DNA of 64,000 nucleotides, from positions 1,116,001-1,180,000 of the forward strand of contig MU008155.1 of NCBI GenBank assembly GCA_010909165.1. The letters run 5' to 3'. How positions within the stretch are numbered: position 1 is the stretch's first letter; each line of letters begins with the position of its first letter. The notes under the pieces were generated by a model that was not told where the DNA came from, did not search any database, and worked only from the letters and a program-made list of their open reading frames with translations. This document shows, piece after piece, positions 50,091-61,899 of the stretch. The position numbers and the translations under genes were made by a program. The DNA comes from Anthoceros angustus. Its lineage: Eukaryota; Plantae; Anthocerotophyta.

Positions 50091-50828
50091 GAGCAAGAAC
50101 TTACGCTCCACCTCCTTCCATCGATTACGCTCAGCTACCTCTGTCCTTCACAGCATCCTATAGCACTATGGCCGCCTTCTATATATTCTCCTGCGTTGCC
50201 ACCACTGAGCTTACTTTCTTCCTGCTACTGAATCTCTTGTCCATAGTCATGAAGACTAGAAGTGGCTTTCAATATAAATCTACAAGCACAATTGGCTGGC
50301 AAAGCACTGTAGAGAGGAAAGACAAGAAGAGGGCTAGGCCACGCCCTAGGAAACCAGCTCAGAGGCTGGAGGATTGGGAAGAGCGACACTGTATGGGTGC
50401 ATACGTCTGCTTAGGAGGCTATCGAATAAGCCTCAACATCAACCTATGCTGGAGCAGCCCTCAGGAGACTGTAGAGACTGTGGAGGGCAACAACATAGCT
50501 GAAAATGAGAGGTCTCAAACACAGAGACAACTCTCTTGAAGCCACTTGCGGAGACAGTTCAACTGCTAGAAAAATTGAGGAGGTTGAGGAACATTGACTG
50601 AAGAAAGGATAACAAGTGATTTGTTTTTGCGTTGAGCTTCATCCACCTGCATCCTATTGTTCTTGATTCTAATTCCACTTAAAAACACCATGTTGCTTGT
50701 GCAGGAGTGACTAAAAAAACGTGGAGTTGTCAGCCTTGTTTCATGATATTTGGCTACCATACTCCACAAAAAACTTTGAAAGCTTAGGCTTTCACCCCCC
50801 CCCTCCGCCCCATATCTACAGATAAGTT

Positions 50829-51440
50829 TCATACACCCTCTATGAGGTGAGAGGAGAAGTCGGCCAGTCCCAATCCTGCCATATGAGCATAATGTTTGTG
50901 TTTGGGAAGTGCCTTTGTCAATATGTCTGCCGTGTTTTCATCTGTCGGAATATATTCCACCTTCACCACTCCCCGTTTTGCCACGTCCTTGATATAATGA
51001 TGCTGTTCTTGCATGGAACCTGGAATTTGCCACAAAAGCTAGAGCTGACATGTTATCACAACGGAGAAGAGTTGGGTCATGTTGTTGCTGCCCAAGGTCA
51101 TTGAGAAAGGTACGTTCCCACTCTGCTTCTTTAAATGCATCTGTCAAGCTTTATATTCAGCCTCAGTAGATGACAAGGCCACAGATGTCTGTTTTTTGCA
51201 ACTCCAATTAACAGCACCTGATGAAAGCATGAAGCAGTATGCAGATAGACTGCGTCAAGAATCATTATCTGATGCCCAATCGGCATCTGTAATACCTCTT
51301 AGTATGAGCCTAGCTTGACCTGAGCATTTATAGAACAACCCATAGCGTGCTGTGCCTTTCAAGTAGCGGAACACTCTCTTGGCAGCAACCCAGTGTGCCC
51401 TCCCTGTTCTCTCCAGGAATTGTGATAGTGTGCTCACAGC
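50829..51440 (-). mobile_element. Copia RNase H fragment (separate element)
   Basis: HWVAAKRVFRYLKGT, DADWA, CDNMSA, HHYIKD, NTADILTKAL. Confidence 0.85.
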
Positions 51441-51972
51441 AAACTCCTCCCTCCTCTCCCCTTCAGGGGGTGTGTTAGATTCAGAGCGAATCTCTGCCAT
51501 GGATTTTCTCCCAGACACCGACCAGACACCTACAGCCTCCACTCACAATGCTCCGGATCCTTCTCCACATGCTACCTTGGCACCACCAACGTCATCGCTT
51601 CCACCTCTGGATGCTCCTGCCCTACTTACAGATGATGACCCTGGCCTGGATTGGCCGGCCAGCCTTGAGGCCTCCCAACTCCCTGCCACCGGTACCTCTG
51701 GTCCTCAATTATGCTCACAACTGGGAATTCATTTAACCCCGTCTATGCCGCCCGTTGCTTTGGTTATGACTCAACATACCAGGCCTTCCTCTCCTTTACT
51801 AGCTCCTCATCGGGCGCTCCCTCCATGGCAGCTCACAGGGGGAGAGAGTAGTGACACCAGTAATGACACCAACCATGACCTGCAATTCCCCTCACGGGGA
51901 ACGTGAAGCTGAGATAGTACCTGCGTCTACTGAAAAATGATAGTCATGTACAGCGTGGCATAGGTTTAGATT

Positions 51973-52180
51973 AAGAGGGAGTGTTGAAGGGATAAGGGTT
52001 ATTTATTAATCCTTATTAGATAATCTACAACTACACAAGATATATTTAGTTACCATAGGTTAATTACGAACACTCACCTGTTATTGTATTTAAACAATTT
52101 TGTCATTGAGAAGAACCAGATCGTTTTATGCAGAGTCCTCTTAGCTCTCTTCTAGCTCTTCAGCTCTCATCAAAACATCA
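51973..52180 (+). mobile_element. Polypurine tract plus putative 3' LTR fragment
   Basis: AAGAGGGAG followed by TGTTGAAG at 51982, ending ...ACATCA at ~52180. Confidence 0.5.
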
Positions 52181-52186
52181 CAGGAT

Positions 52187-52385
52187 ATGAGCCGCCAGGA
52201 CCACATAATAACCCTGCAGTCAATCATTGACAAACACAAGGCAAGCAAAAGAGTACTCCACCTTTGCTTTGTAGATTTCCACAAGGCATTCGACACATTG
52301 CCAAGGAACATGCTGTGGGAGGTGCTCAAGCAAGTAGGGGTATCAAAGCAAATGATAAGGGCTTCCCAGTTGGCATACCAATACA
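52187..52385 (+). mobile_element. LINE (non-LTR) reverse transcriptase fragment
   Basis: DHIITLQSIIDK....LHLCFVDFHKAFDTLPRNMLWEVL. Confidence 0.85.
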
Positions 52386-52389
52386 ATGA

Positions 52390-54453
52390 GGTTCGGATAG
52401 TTCGGATAGGGCTGGCCTTGTATGTGGAGAGCAGGCGCGTGGGCGCGCCGGATCCGATCGGCGGGTGTCTGCGGCCTCGGATCTCTGCGCGCTGGTGGGA
52501 TCGGGCGCCTGGATGGCGTCCCTCCTTGCGTATGCGCGTTGTCAAATTGTCCCCCAGCCTTGGCAAATTCTGCATCCAATTCAGAAATGTGTGCCGGGCA
52601 ATCTGCCTCTTTCTCGCAGCAGAATCCACCAGAATGGCTGCAATTTTGTGGCAGATTAAGAGCAGAGGTAGAGCGAGTTCATGGATCTGGCTACCAGATC
52701 AGGTGATCCAGAGTATGTAGGTCTCCAATCACGCTCTTGCAGCAGAATCGTAAGCACATCAGCTAAGGAAGATCCAAGATGATGTAGACACTTGAGCGCC
52801 GATGATAATCCAAAACCTCGAGCAAAATTGCGATTTGACGAACGTGAACGGGCTGCCTGATCGTGCTTCCTTCTTGCCTCAGCATGGTTGCGTCGTTGTT
52901 TGCGACCCATAGTTCTTGTGCTTGAAGATTAAGAGGCTAAAAGCAAAAGCAAAAGTAGGCAGATTGCTTAGAAGAATGTAAGCAAAAATGATACTATTCT
53001 TAAGCAAAATTGACCTATAAAAGGCCCAATGACTAGGCCTTATAGAATCAGAAGAACTAGAAGGGTGTCTAGAACCCATAACCAATCAATTTAGAAAAAT
53101 TGGTTTGGTTTGATGGAAATTGAACTAATGAGAATAATCAATAAAGTAGCTATGATAATTACTTTACTTAGAAAGTTCTAAGCTAATTATTTTCACTTGA
53201 CAATGGTATGATGGGCAACATGAGTTTCTACATGACTGTAAAGCTATAGTAGCAGATGCTGCCTATGATGCAGATGATAGTTTGCTATCGGAAATGCATA
53301 TCAAAATGCATTTTCATCAACTAAAATTGGGTATGAGGTTGCTAGCTTATCTTCCTAAGTTGATTAGGGAAGAAAATTAGCAACAAAGCCATTGAAATAT
53401 CACATGGCTCTGATACCAAGTTAGAGATGCATATGCGGAAGCGTCTTGCATCAAGCAGATGCTTTATTAACAATGAATATGTTCGGTTCATAGGTGGGCT
53501 TATAAAGGATGGTTACGAAGGGGTGTGTCCTTTCACTAGCCTGCTAGTTAACTAACTACCAACTAGCTGAGTCTAGTTTGACTAATCCACATTGGGTCTG
53601 GTCTAGTCGACCTTAACCAGTGCGGTCTGCACTATTTCTAACTATCCGACCCAAGGGTGCTTAACCTTGGAGTTCTTGTATCGATGTGTCTATCCACACT
53701 TGTCAAAAGCGGATGCATAAGGAGAGATACAAATGATATATATACATTTGCGCCGGACGTTTGGCGCATCCACTCCACCATTTCCATCGCGCTGGACGCC
53801 TGCAAGATTGGGGTCTCCAGAAAAGGCGCCGGACGTCCGGCGTAGGCTTTAGCAGACTCGCGCCAATGTGCCGAACGTCCGGCGCATTGCTCCAATTCCT
53901 TCCTATATTTTCCACTCTAACAATGGAGATCCTATAGTTGTGTATGCACCAGACGTCCAGCGCTACTTTCTAGAGTCGTAGTTTGTTCATCTCGAGATGG
54001 CTATGATCAGGCTATCGGTTAATGTTCTCTCACAATTGCGCCGGATGTCCGGCGCAGTTGCTTCTTTTCCGCTTACGAATTGCTTCTTTTGCGTGTTGGT
54101 TGCGCTGGACGTCCGGCGCAATTTGGCTTGCTGGACTAGTTTGGTTTGGTTTGCCTACTGTTCACCTTGCTAGGAAGTACTATCGCCTGCGAAAGAGGTG
54201 TTTAGGATTCCTAGCACTTGTTAAAAATCCTTGAAATCCCTTCCTTGTGAAGGTGAAATCCGCAAACCTTCTTCGGCTTAAACCCTGTTAGCGTAAGTGT
54301 TCGTGAGAAAATAATATGGTCAATGTCTTTCAATACATGTTTAAAGAGTGATTTTGCTAAAGATGATGCATTTTGGCCCGTTTTCGGGGGTCATTTTTAG
54401 GTCTTTAGGGACCCAAACCCCTTTGATGGAGAATAACCCCTATCCAAAGAGAC
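52390..54453 (-). mobile_element. LTR retrotransposon 5' LTR, primer-binding site and leader (truncated)
   Basis: GCTCTGATACCA at ~53408-53419. The LTR-like region to the right carries repeated palindromic CGCCGGACGTCCGGCG motifs. Boundaries are approximate. Confidence 0.55.
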
Positions 54454-55379
54454 ACTGTTTATTCACTTCCAGCAAACCTGTCTTTTTCCTTGAAGTCATA
54501 TTTATGTGTATTATTAATGGCGGTGGTGCTGGATCCCGCAGAACTTGATCCAGCCATAAGTGGTAGTGTGGTTTTTCTAGTTCTTAATGGTCTATAATCT
54601 CGATTGGGCGGAGACCACATCCAGAGGGCCTAGCGCTCGTATCTAGTCTGAATCTAGACCTGAAATACAGCTAGCTACAGAGAGATTAGATAGCAAATCT
54701 TCTACACATGGAATCTTGGGTAAGCAATCATCATTAGCTAAGTGCTTGTCTTTTACTTTTGTGGATGAACTAGAGTAATTGCAAATGATAGCTAAAGTAA
54801 GTTGATTGATCTTTTGTTCTAGCTGGAACAGTCATTTGTGCAGATTAATGATTTCAACCTGTTTTCGAGTAATCATTTTCACCATGTTGGAGGAGGCTAA
54901 TCGATGACATTTCTCGAAGTGCTGTAAGAAAGCAAGTACTTGTAATTGACGGCCTTCAATGTGTTCTAACTGACTTTGAATGGCCTGCAAGGAATCATTA
55001 GAGGAATGTCTCCAGTTGGGTGTGCAGAGGGGCCTTGGATCATATCTGCACTGGACAGGTGTTTGCCTCTGAGCTATTGGTGCTCTAGCAGGGTTTCCAT
55101 GGCCACGGTAGATAAAAGCTGGGTAACAATTTGTGAAATCCCCTGAACTCTTTCTACCGTGTCTGGCCATGTTGTTAGCATCTCCTTTGTGGCAAGCCCC
55201 CAAAAATTGGGGTGCATATATACCAAAATGACATGAGAACTCTAGTTAAGCACCCCGTAAGGCGGATCAATGCTGGGATGGGGAACCATTCTTCCACAAT
55301 CTTTCATTCATTCACAGCCCGATTGGGTAACTATTAGATGTCTTAGATTAGAGTCGAAATCGCCCCAGTGCACCTCGGC

Positions 55380-55845
55380 ATGCTGGCCTTCCTCGTGTGT
55401 GGTCTCTGCGCGAGATTACCCCCATTGCGTGCTGGCCTCCCTCGTGTGTGTTCTCTGCGCGAGATTACCCCCATTGTATCTGTATCTGTACATTTCAATC
55501 AGAGATTTGCATGGCTCTGATACCATATCAAATTCCCTCGTGTGTGGTCTCTGCGCGAGATTACCCCCATTGCGTGCTGGCTTCCCTCGTGTGTGGTCTC
55601 TGTGCGAGATTACCCCCGAGATTAACCCCATTGCGTGCTGGCTTCCCTCGTGTGTGGTCTCTGTGCGAGATTACCCCCATTGTATCTGTATCTGTACATT
55701 TCAATCACAGATATGCATGGCTCTGATATCATGTCAAACATCAACAAGCGGAAGCATACACGAAGAACGCATGGCTCTCATACCATGTCAAACATCAACA
55801 TACACGAAGAACGCATGGCTCTCATACCATGTCAAACATCAACGA
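55380..55845. repeat. Compound tandem repeats, including four LTR-end/primer-binding-site junction copies
   Basis: ~49-bp CCTCGTGTGTGGTCTCTGCGCGAGATTACCCCC units; GGCTCT(G/C)ATA(C/T)CA at 55513, 55719, 55773 and 55817. Confidence 0.85.
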
Positions 55846-56172
55846 AGAACTCTATGATACAATTAAGAGAATGAACAAGTCAAGGGGTGAACACACAAAG
55901 CGAGAGAATGAACAAGTCAGGGGTGAACACACAAAGCGGTTACAAACTTCTTCTACTATGCCTAATGATATCTCGATAACCTAATTAATATATTTTAGAG
56001 TATTTGTTGAAACGTGCCCTAAATAGGGCTATAACAGCCATATCCTTGCATTAGAATTGTAAATTTCTTCCTCGTCCTCCTCATCTCGTATGCTCTCCAT
56101 GTATGTCGAATCAAACACGGTGCCGACTTTCACCTTTTCATAAACGTTAGACCAGTACCGTTGTTAGCAACA
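55830..56172 (-). mobile_element. Putative 5' LTR (TGTTGC...TTTGACA on the minus strand)
   Basis: TG...CA termini adjoining a primer-binding-site-like sequence at 55817-55829. Confidence 0.55.
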
Positions 56173-56194
56173 TTTCTAGGGACCACCAGACATC

Positions 56195-56440
56195 ATGTGC
56201 AGCATCGATCGGAATTTACCTTCAAAATAGTGCAAGGTGGATCGAAAGAGAGCAAGCAAGTGACAAAGCCAGACGTCTCTCAGCATTTGATGAAGGGTTC
56301 TCTGGAAAGCTATGCCCTCTTTTCCGTCCCGGGCACTCCAGAACTTCCCAATTTTAGATTCTGTCAGTTGCTGTGTTTTCTTGCGGCGAAACGCAAGGAA
56401 GCTATGGTGGCCACGTCTGCAGCATTCATTTATGACTGCT
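56195..56440 (-). pseudogene. GIL1/IRKI-like gene fragment, paralogous to 20713-22475
   Basis: ECCRRGHHSFLAFRRKK..KIGKFW..LHQMLRDVWLCHLLA-SFDPPCTILKV, versus DCGCGRMKCFLFCYRK..MGEFW..LLSLLICVWLSHLLASSFKHPCSLVQV. Confidence 0.7.
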
Positions 56441-56788
56441 TCAGATGGAGATGGCCAAGTGGCCTGATTGCTTGCACCACTGGACTTTGAAACAGCGAAT
56501 TCTTCTGGCTTTTCCATCATAGGCCCAAATGCATGTACCTGCTGGCCCTGTTTGCTTGGCCTGCCACCTTGCAAGAAGTGACCCTCGGGTCTCGCTTTGA
56601 CTACATTGTAAGAAGCGAAGTAAGTGACTTCCAGCGGAATCTCCGAGCGAAGTAAGTGACTTCCAGAATCATCGGTGGCATGAGCTACATACAGACGCGA
56701 GTTTGTCAAAAACTCTTCTTTACTTCTTTTGGTGTACAAAGGAAGGCTGTGCACTAGCCACTTGCGGGGTGCAACTGCCCGGCAGCTT

Positions 56789-57315
56789 TCACAGGGCGAA
56801 ATTTCCTCGGCTGCAGCGGCCACGGCTTGGCAGCAGAATTGCATCCCTCTGGCGTCTCTCCCTCACCTCCCGGATCTGCTCGACATCCACATTAGATGCG
56901 GCTGCAATTTCTTCTGGAAGGTTCTTCAGCGCAGAAGTCCTGCCTGCAAGAGCTTCAACGAGCGGCCTGCAAATGCACCGCCCCATCACGGCAAGGTCAG
57001 TCCACGTCCGTCGACATGAAAAGGAATGGTGCTAGGAGTGAAAAACGATGACGGAAAACGAAGCCTCACTGGTCAGTAGTGTAGAAGCTGATCCATTCCA
57101 GGCCATCTTCTTCACAGAGGCCACCACACCGACCCTGACCTCCGCGAATACCTTGCTACTGGAGAGCACGTCCACAACGTCCGGGAAGGCTCCGCAGACA
57201 TCCGCGTGTAGGATGCGGGCTTCTACAACAGCGTCAACAGGTTCAAGCTGCCCATCCTTGAGGCGGTCAATTTGGGCCTCACATACGGCCGCCTTGAGAG
57301 GGTGGGTTGCCTCCT
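56789..57315 (-). pseudogene. Legumin-like cupin pseudogene with one exon fragment (57113-57315) inverted
   Basis: Minus strand: EEDGLEWISFYTTDQ|PLVEALAGRTSALKNLPEEIAAASNVDVEQIREVRERRQRDAILLP. Plus strand: NVREGSADIRV*DAGFYNSVNRFKLPILEAVNLGLTYGRLER. Confidence 0.8.
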
Positions 57316-57504
57316 AGGATCGGTCGACAAATGTTGTTCTTGTCCGACATAGCACTCGCCTGACAATGACGGAGGAAATTCAGCGGATTGTTAGCTTGTC
57401 TTGTGCTGCTTTCCAACAGCGCTAAGCAGGACATCGCAAGGGAGGAGAGGAAGATAAGGAGATGCAGCACTCCAGAAGGAGGCAAGCTGCTCACATGCTA
57501 ACAT

Positions 57505-57614
57505 TGCAGAGCAGATACCATCCTCAGAACTGATAGTTTGTGACAGATAAAGGCCGATTCAACATGGACTTGTCTGATGGGATGGAGCTGGAGAATGAGA
57601 GAGCTATCAGGGTC
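57505..57614 (+). pseudogene. HSPA12-type Hsp70 C-terminal fragment
   Basis: CRADT...FVTDKGRFNMDLSDGMELENERAIRV. Confidence 0.75.
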
Positions 57615-58602
57615 CTTGAAGGCATTGCAGGTTAGCATCCTTTTAGCCCAGCTCGTCATCTATGAGCTGCTGAAGAGTAAGTAATTATAAGCCGGAAGGG
57701 AACGAAATCCAATTCAGCTGCTGAAGAGAAAGTACTTGTAAGCCGGAAGGAAATGGAAATCCAATTCATAAGTATGAGAGAACTGGTCAGTCGCCATACA
57801 CAGAAATTGTAGAACTTGCTGATCTTGATCGACTTTTCTGCTAACACATTATGCAAGAATATAGCTGCAGCCAGCTTCCCAACTCCACCAAGAGTTTTCA
57901 GTATCTGAGCACTGCAACATTCGAGGTGATCTGCAGGCAACCCTTAAAAAGACAGGTAGCATATGTAGTTATAAGCTTCAAAAGGTCCTGCCTGACCCAT
58001 TCACGGTGCTTGCTATCAGCGTCCAGACTTGCTAGAATCAAGAATGCACATAGGTACAAGTGCGTTGTGGACAAGGAAAAAGTGGTGGTATCCTTAAGTC
58101 TTCTACCAGCAGGGGCCCTTGGGGAAATTTCTTCAGCAAGATGTCATTTGTAAACCCTTCTTCAGTACATAGTGGTAAACAAGATCTTGTTCGTCTACTC
58201 CTCTGCTTGGAAACAGTCGCATCCATGGCACCACCTCTGCTCTCAAACTGGGGACCGCCTCATAAACGTTCTTGTTTGGATCGATCCCGAAAAACTCTCT
58301 GCTCAGTGTTTGTTGGAAGCAGTAGTGCAACTTGAGAGGTGCTGGGACTGACTGCAGATGTTTTTCTCAGAGATGGCATTCCCTCTCTATCTGCGGCGGA
58401 GTCCGTCTGGAGCTCTAAGAGTAAACTTGCGGGCGTGAAAGCTCTGGGGTGTAATGGGCAGTACGTCGGGTACTCGCACAAATTTAAAATTTGTCCTTGT
58501 GCGAGTAAAGGTTTACGCTCCATGGCAGCCATTGATAAGCAGGCAACACCTGCTACCCCAATTGCCGCCTTGGTAGCGTCTTGGCACCTTGCACCTGTAC
58601 CG

Positions 58603-60747
58603 ATGTCTCTCTCCATCGGGGACGCCAGGGTTGTGGTGGGACTCGATTTTGGAACCACCTTTTCTGGATTCGCCTACGCTCACAGGAACGCACCCGACGA
58701 GGTGTTCAAGTTCTACGAATGGCCGGACGCAAGCAAGGGGGGAGGGAGGCCGTATTGCAAGACGCCCACAAGTCTCTACTACGTCCCTCTGGATGCCGCG
58801 GGCGATGCCACTTCCAATCACTACCAGCTCAAAGATTGGGGATGGCCAGCTCTTGTCAGTTACACACAAGATGCACAACGGACTGCCAGAGCTCATCGCC
58901 AGCAGGAGCTGCGTCGAAAGAATTTGGTGGCCGCGGGAGGACAATTGCCGGTCGATGATCATGCGACTGTGGCCCCGGGGCGCTTTGTCACGAAGTTCAA
59001 GCTGTTCTTGGCAGGCAAGGGGAGCACCCGTTGCCCTGGCAGCCTGCCTCACTGTGTTCTGTGCTCTTTCTCACAAAGTGGAGGCTGTTTTGACAGGCAA
59101 CGAAAACGTTTGCAGGAGCGTTGTTGGACCTCTGGCAGCTGATTCCTTGCCTACTGGACTCACCGCTGAAACATGCATCAAGGACTACCTTTGCAAGATA
59201 TCAGCGTTCATCATCGAACACCTTCAAACGCAGTTTGGCACTCAGCTGACCAACAAGCAGGTGAGAAGTTGAGAGTTGTGGTGGAGTGGTTGTCCTGACG
59301 GACGGCCTTTTGCAATAACATACAGTAACTGTGCGTGCAGGTGCAATGGTGCTTGACTGTGCCCACTATCTGGGACAATATTGCAAAGCAGAACATGAGA
59401 GTCTGCGCAGAGAGAGCTGGTTTGGTGGCCGGACCACTTACACCAACAAACATGGTTGCAAGTCCACATCCGCTCCTCATTGTTTTGGAGCCAGAGGCTG
59501 CGTCAGCTTACTGTTGGGAAAAGTGCTCGCATCTGGATTTGAAGCTGAACGACCAATTCCTTGTTGCAGACATTGGGGGAGGTAGAGCTCTGTATGCCTG
59601 AGAGAGTTTCCTCTGGATAGAGATGGGCATCTGTTTTGAATTGCTGTACTGCCTCCAGGACTTGGGTAGACTCACTTTCACAATGGTCCAATGTTTTGCA
59701 GGAACCGTAGACATTGTGCTGCATGCGAAAGCTAGCGACGGGTGTCGGATGAGAGTTAGAGAAGTTCAAGCCAGCAGTGGGGGCCTATGTGGTGGTGCCT
59801 ATGTGGACCAGAATTTCTTCAGGTTTTTGTGCAATGAGATAGGATGCTTGGAGGAGTTTCTCAAGGAAAATGTTTCTATGCTGCTCAGCCTGCAAGCCAA
59901 ATGGCAGACTATCAAGAGCACATTCGATGGCGCCAGGGATGTACTCCATGAGCTAGATGTGCCTGCCAAGCTGGCCAAGGAGTGGGAAAGGTATGATCAG
60001 CGGAATGATGCGGAGCCAAGAGCGCAGGGCTATGACGAAATCCCCTTGTCCACCTCTGACATCAAAAGCGTCTTCGATCCAGTGGTTGATGAGATCATCC
60101 GTCTCATCGATGATAGCATGACACCCGACGTGAGAGTACTCATGGTGGTCGGGGGATTTTCTGCTTCCCCCTACCTCAGGGCCAAGATCAAGGAGAGGTT
60201 CTCTACACGAGTGCAGGAAATCATCAACCCTCCAGAGCCGGGGTGCGCGATTTGCCATGGTGCTGCGCTGATGGGAATCGCTCCAAGCAGTGGAATCATC
60301 TCACGCATTTCACGGAAGACATACGGCGTTCCTGTCACAAGAACGTTCAACCAGATGATAGACCCTATCCACAAATTGAGGGTGGAAGACGGACGAAACC
60401 GGTGCATCGACTTGTTCAGGGCGTTCGTTTACAAAGGCTGGGAGGTTGCCACGGATCATTGCGTTACCGAGCTTTTCTATCCTTGTAGAGATGGGCAGGA
60501 GGAGATAGAAATTCAGGTGTACAGTTGCAGCGCAGATACCACCCCTCAGTTTGTGACGGATGAGGGGGTGGTCTTCGAGGGCCGCTTCACCATGGACATA
60601 ACTGAAGGAATGGAGCTGGAGATGGAGCGAGCGATTAGGGTGTCCATGTTTCTGGGCAGGTCCGCAATTGAAGTGAGAGCTCAGAGGGAGAACTTTGGAG
60701 ATACAACCAGAGTTGAAACACTGGAAGTGCAATTTGAACATGATTGA
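58603..60747 (+). CDS. HSPA12-type (Hsp70 12A/12B-like) actin-like ATPase, ~620 aa; exons 58603-59014, 59097-59260, 59341-59581, 59702-60747
   Basis: [79 protein letters not shown]. The spliced frame is open using a GC-AG first intron and two GT-AG introns. Alternative in-frame ATG at 58522. Confidence 0.88.
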
Positions 60748-61899
60748 TTACGTAGCTACTTTTGCTTTCCAGACATAGCTCGAATGCCTTCAAATGAGAA
60801 ACCTTGTTATCTCGAGCTAGCAGGTACTCTGGTAGGAGGCAAATTCACAAACTTGTGAGAGAGACAGGCCAGATTGCATTTACTGGACAGGAGGTGTGAA
60901 CAATCACTCCTGAGTTCCCGATAGCAGATATGAACATAGGTGGGTTGTCATGTTTTCGTTTCTAAACTACCGTGTGGTATATCCATCCATCTGGCCTATG
61001 ATTATAATTAGAGCGATTTCACATCTCGACCTGTCTTTTCTGTCTGGTCAGTGCTCGTCACGGCTTTGCTCCGGGTGGTGACCAACTCGACGGCCCCTCA
61101 TCAGTCACATATGAGTCATACGTGTCTCATGAGGGGCGGTCCCTTACTACCACCAGATGATAAGGGAGCCTCTGGTTTAAACTAGGGCGAACGTACTCAA
61201 ACCATAGGTGTTGGCCAGTGATGTGAAGGGATTTTCGTCATGGACCTGGATATGGATCGACAGATTTGCGTGTCGATGTATTTCGGCTGGGCGGCAATCG
61301 AAGTTTGGGCGCAAAGGGCGAATTTGGGGGACACAAGTATCGCAGAAACCCTTTTCGTGGATTTTAAGTGCTGATGTCTATCAATGTAGGTATGCCGTGT
61401 GTTTCATAGAATGCCCTCTTGAATCATTTTTCGTAGCGTAACACTGTTGGCAAGTGTTTACAGAGAAAACAGTTTGATCTCCGGAGGGATAAGTGATCCA
61501 ACTTTGCAAGTCTTACTTCATAAGGTGGGGGACCCATGGACAGCAAATATCAGGTGGCGCAACTCTGAAACAGCGAAGACGTTTCCATTATCGGCCCCGA
61601 ATCGTCGTCTGTGGGCATCCAGTTCTTGAGCTCGTTATATTGCGTGGAACTATCACTCCTCCTCTTCTCCACATCCAGCTGTTCTGAATCACATTCCGGA
61701 ATCTGGAAATCCTCTGCCTGAAAACCGCCGAAAACAGTTTCTGAAACATCTTTCTGGTAACAGAATTTGACATCCGAATTTCTTGTATGCTACAAGGACG
61801 CGGTACAAAAGGCTGCCAGAGCTCGGCGCCTAACTGAGCAACTGAGATGGGAGTGAGTAACACGGGTTCCAGGTTTGCTGCCCTTGGTATCCCGATGGC

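Larger units (their letters stand above)
56665..58565. repeat. Right arm of the long inverted duplication (partner ~13420-15657)
   Basis: Reverse-complement match to 13420-15657, as described for the left arm. Confidence 0.9.

Noticed and set aside
53740-54120. Repeated CGCCGGACGTCCGGCG palindromes as a novel operator array
   Set aside because: Such palindromic repeats are common inside plant retrotransposon LTRs, and they sit next to a primer-binding site.
55380-55845. CRISPR-like array
   Set aside because: Units are contiguous tandem repeats without unique spacers, contain retroelement primer-binding sites, and no cas genes are present in this eukaryotic context.
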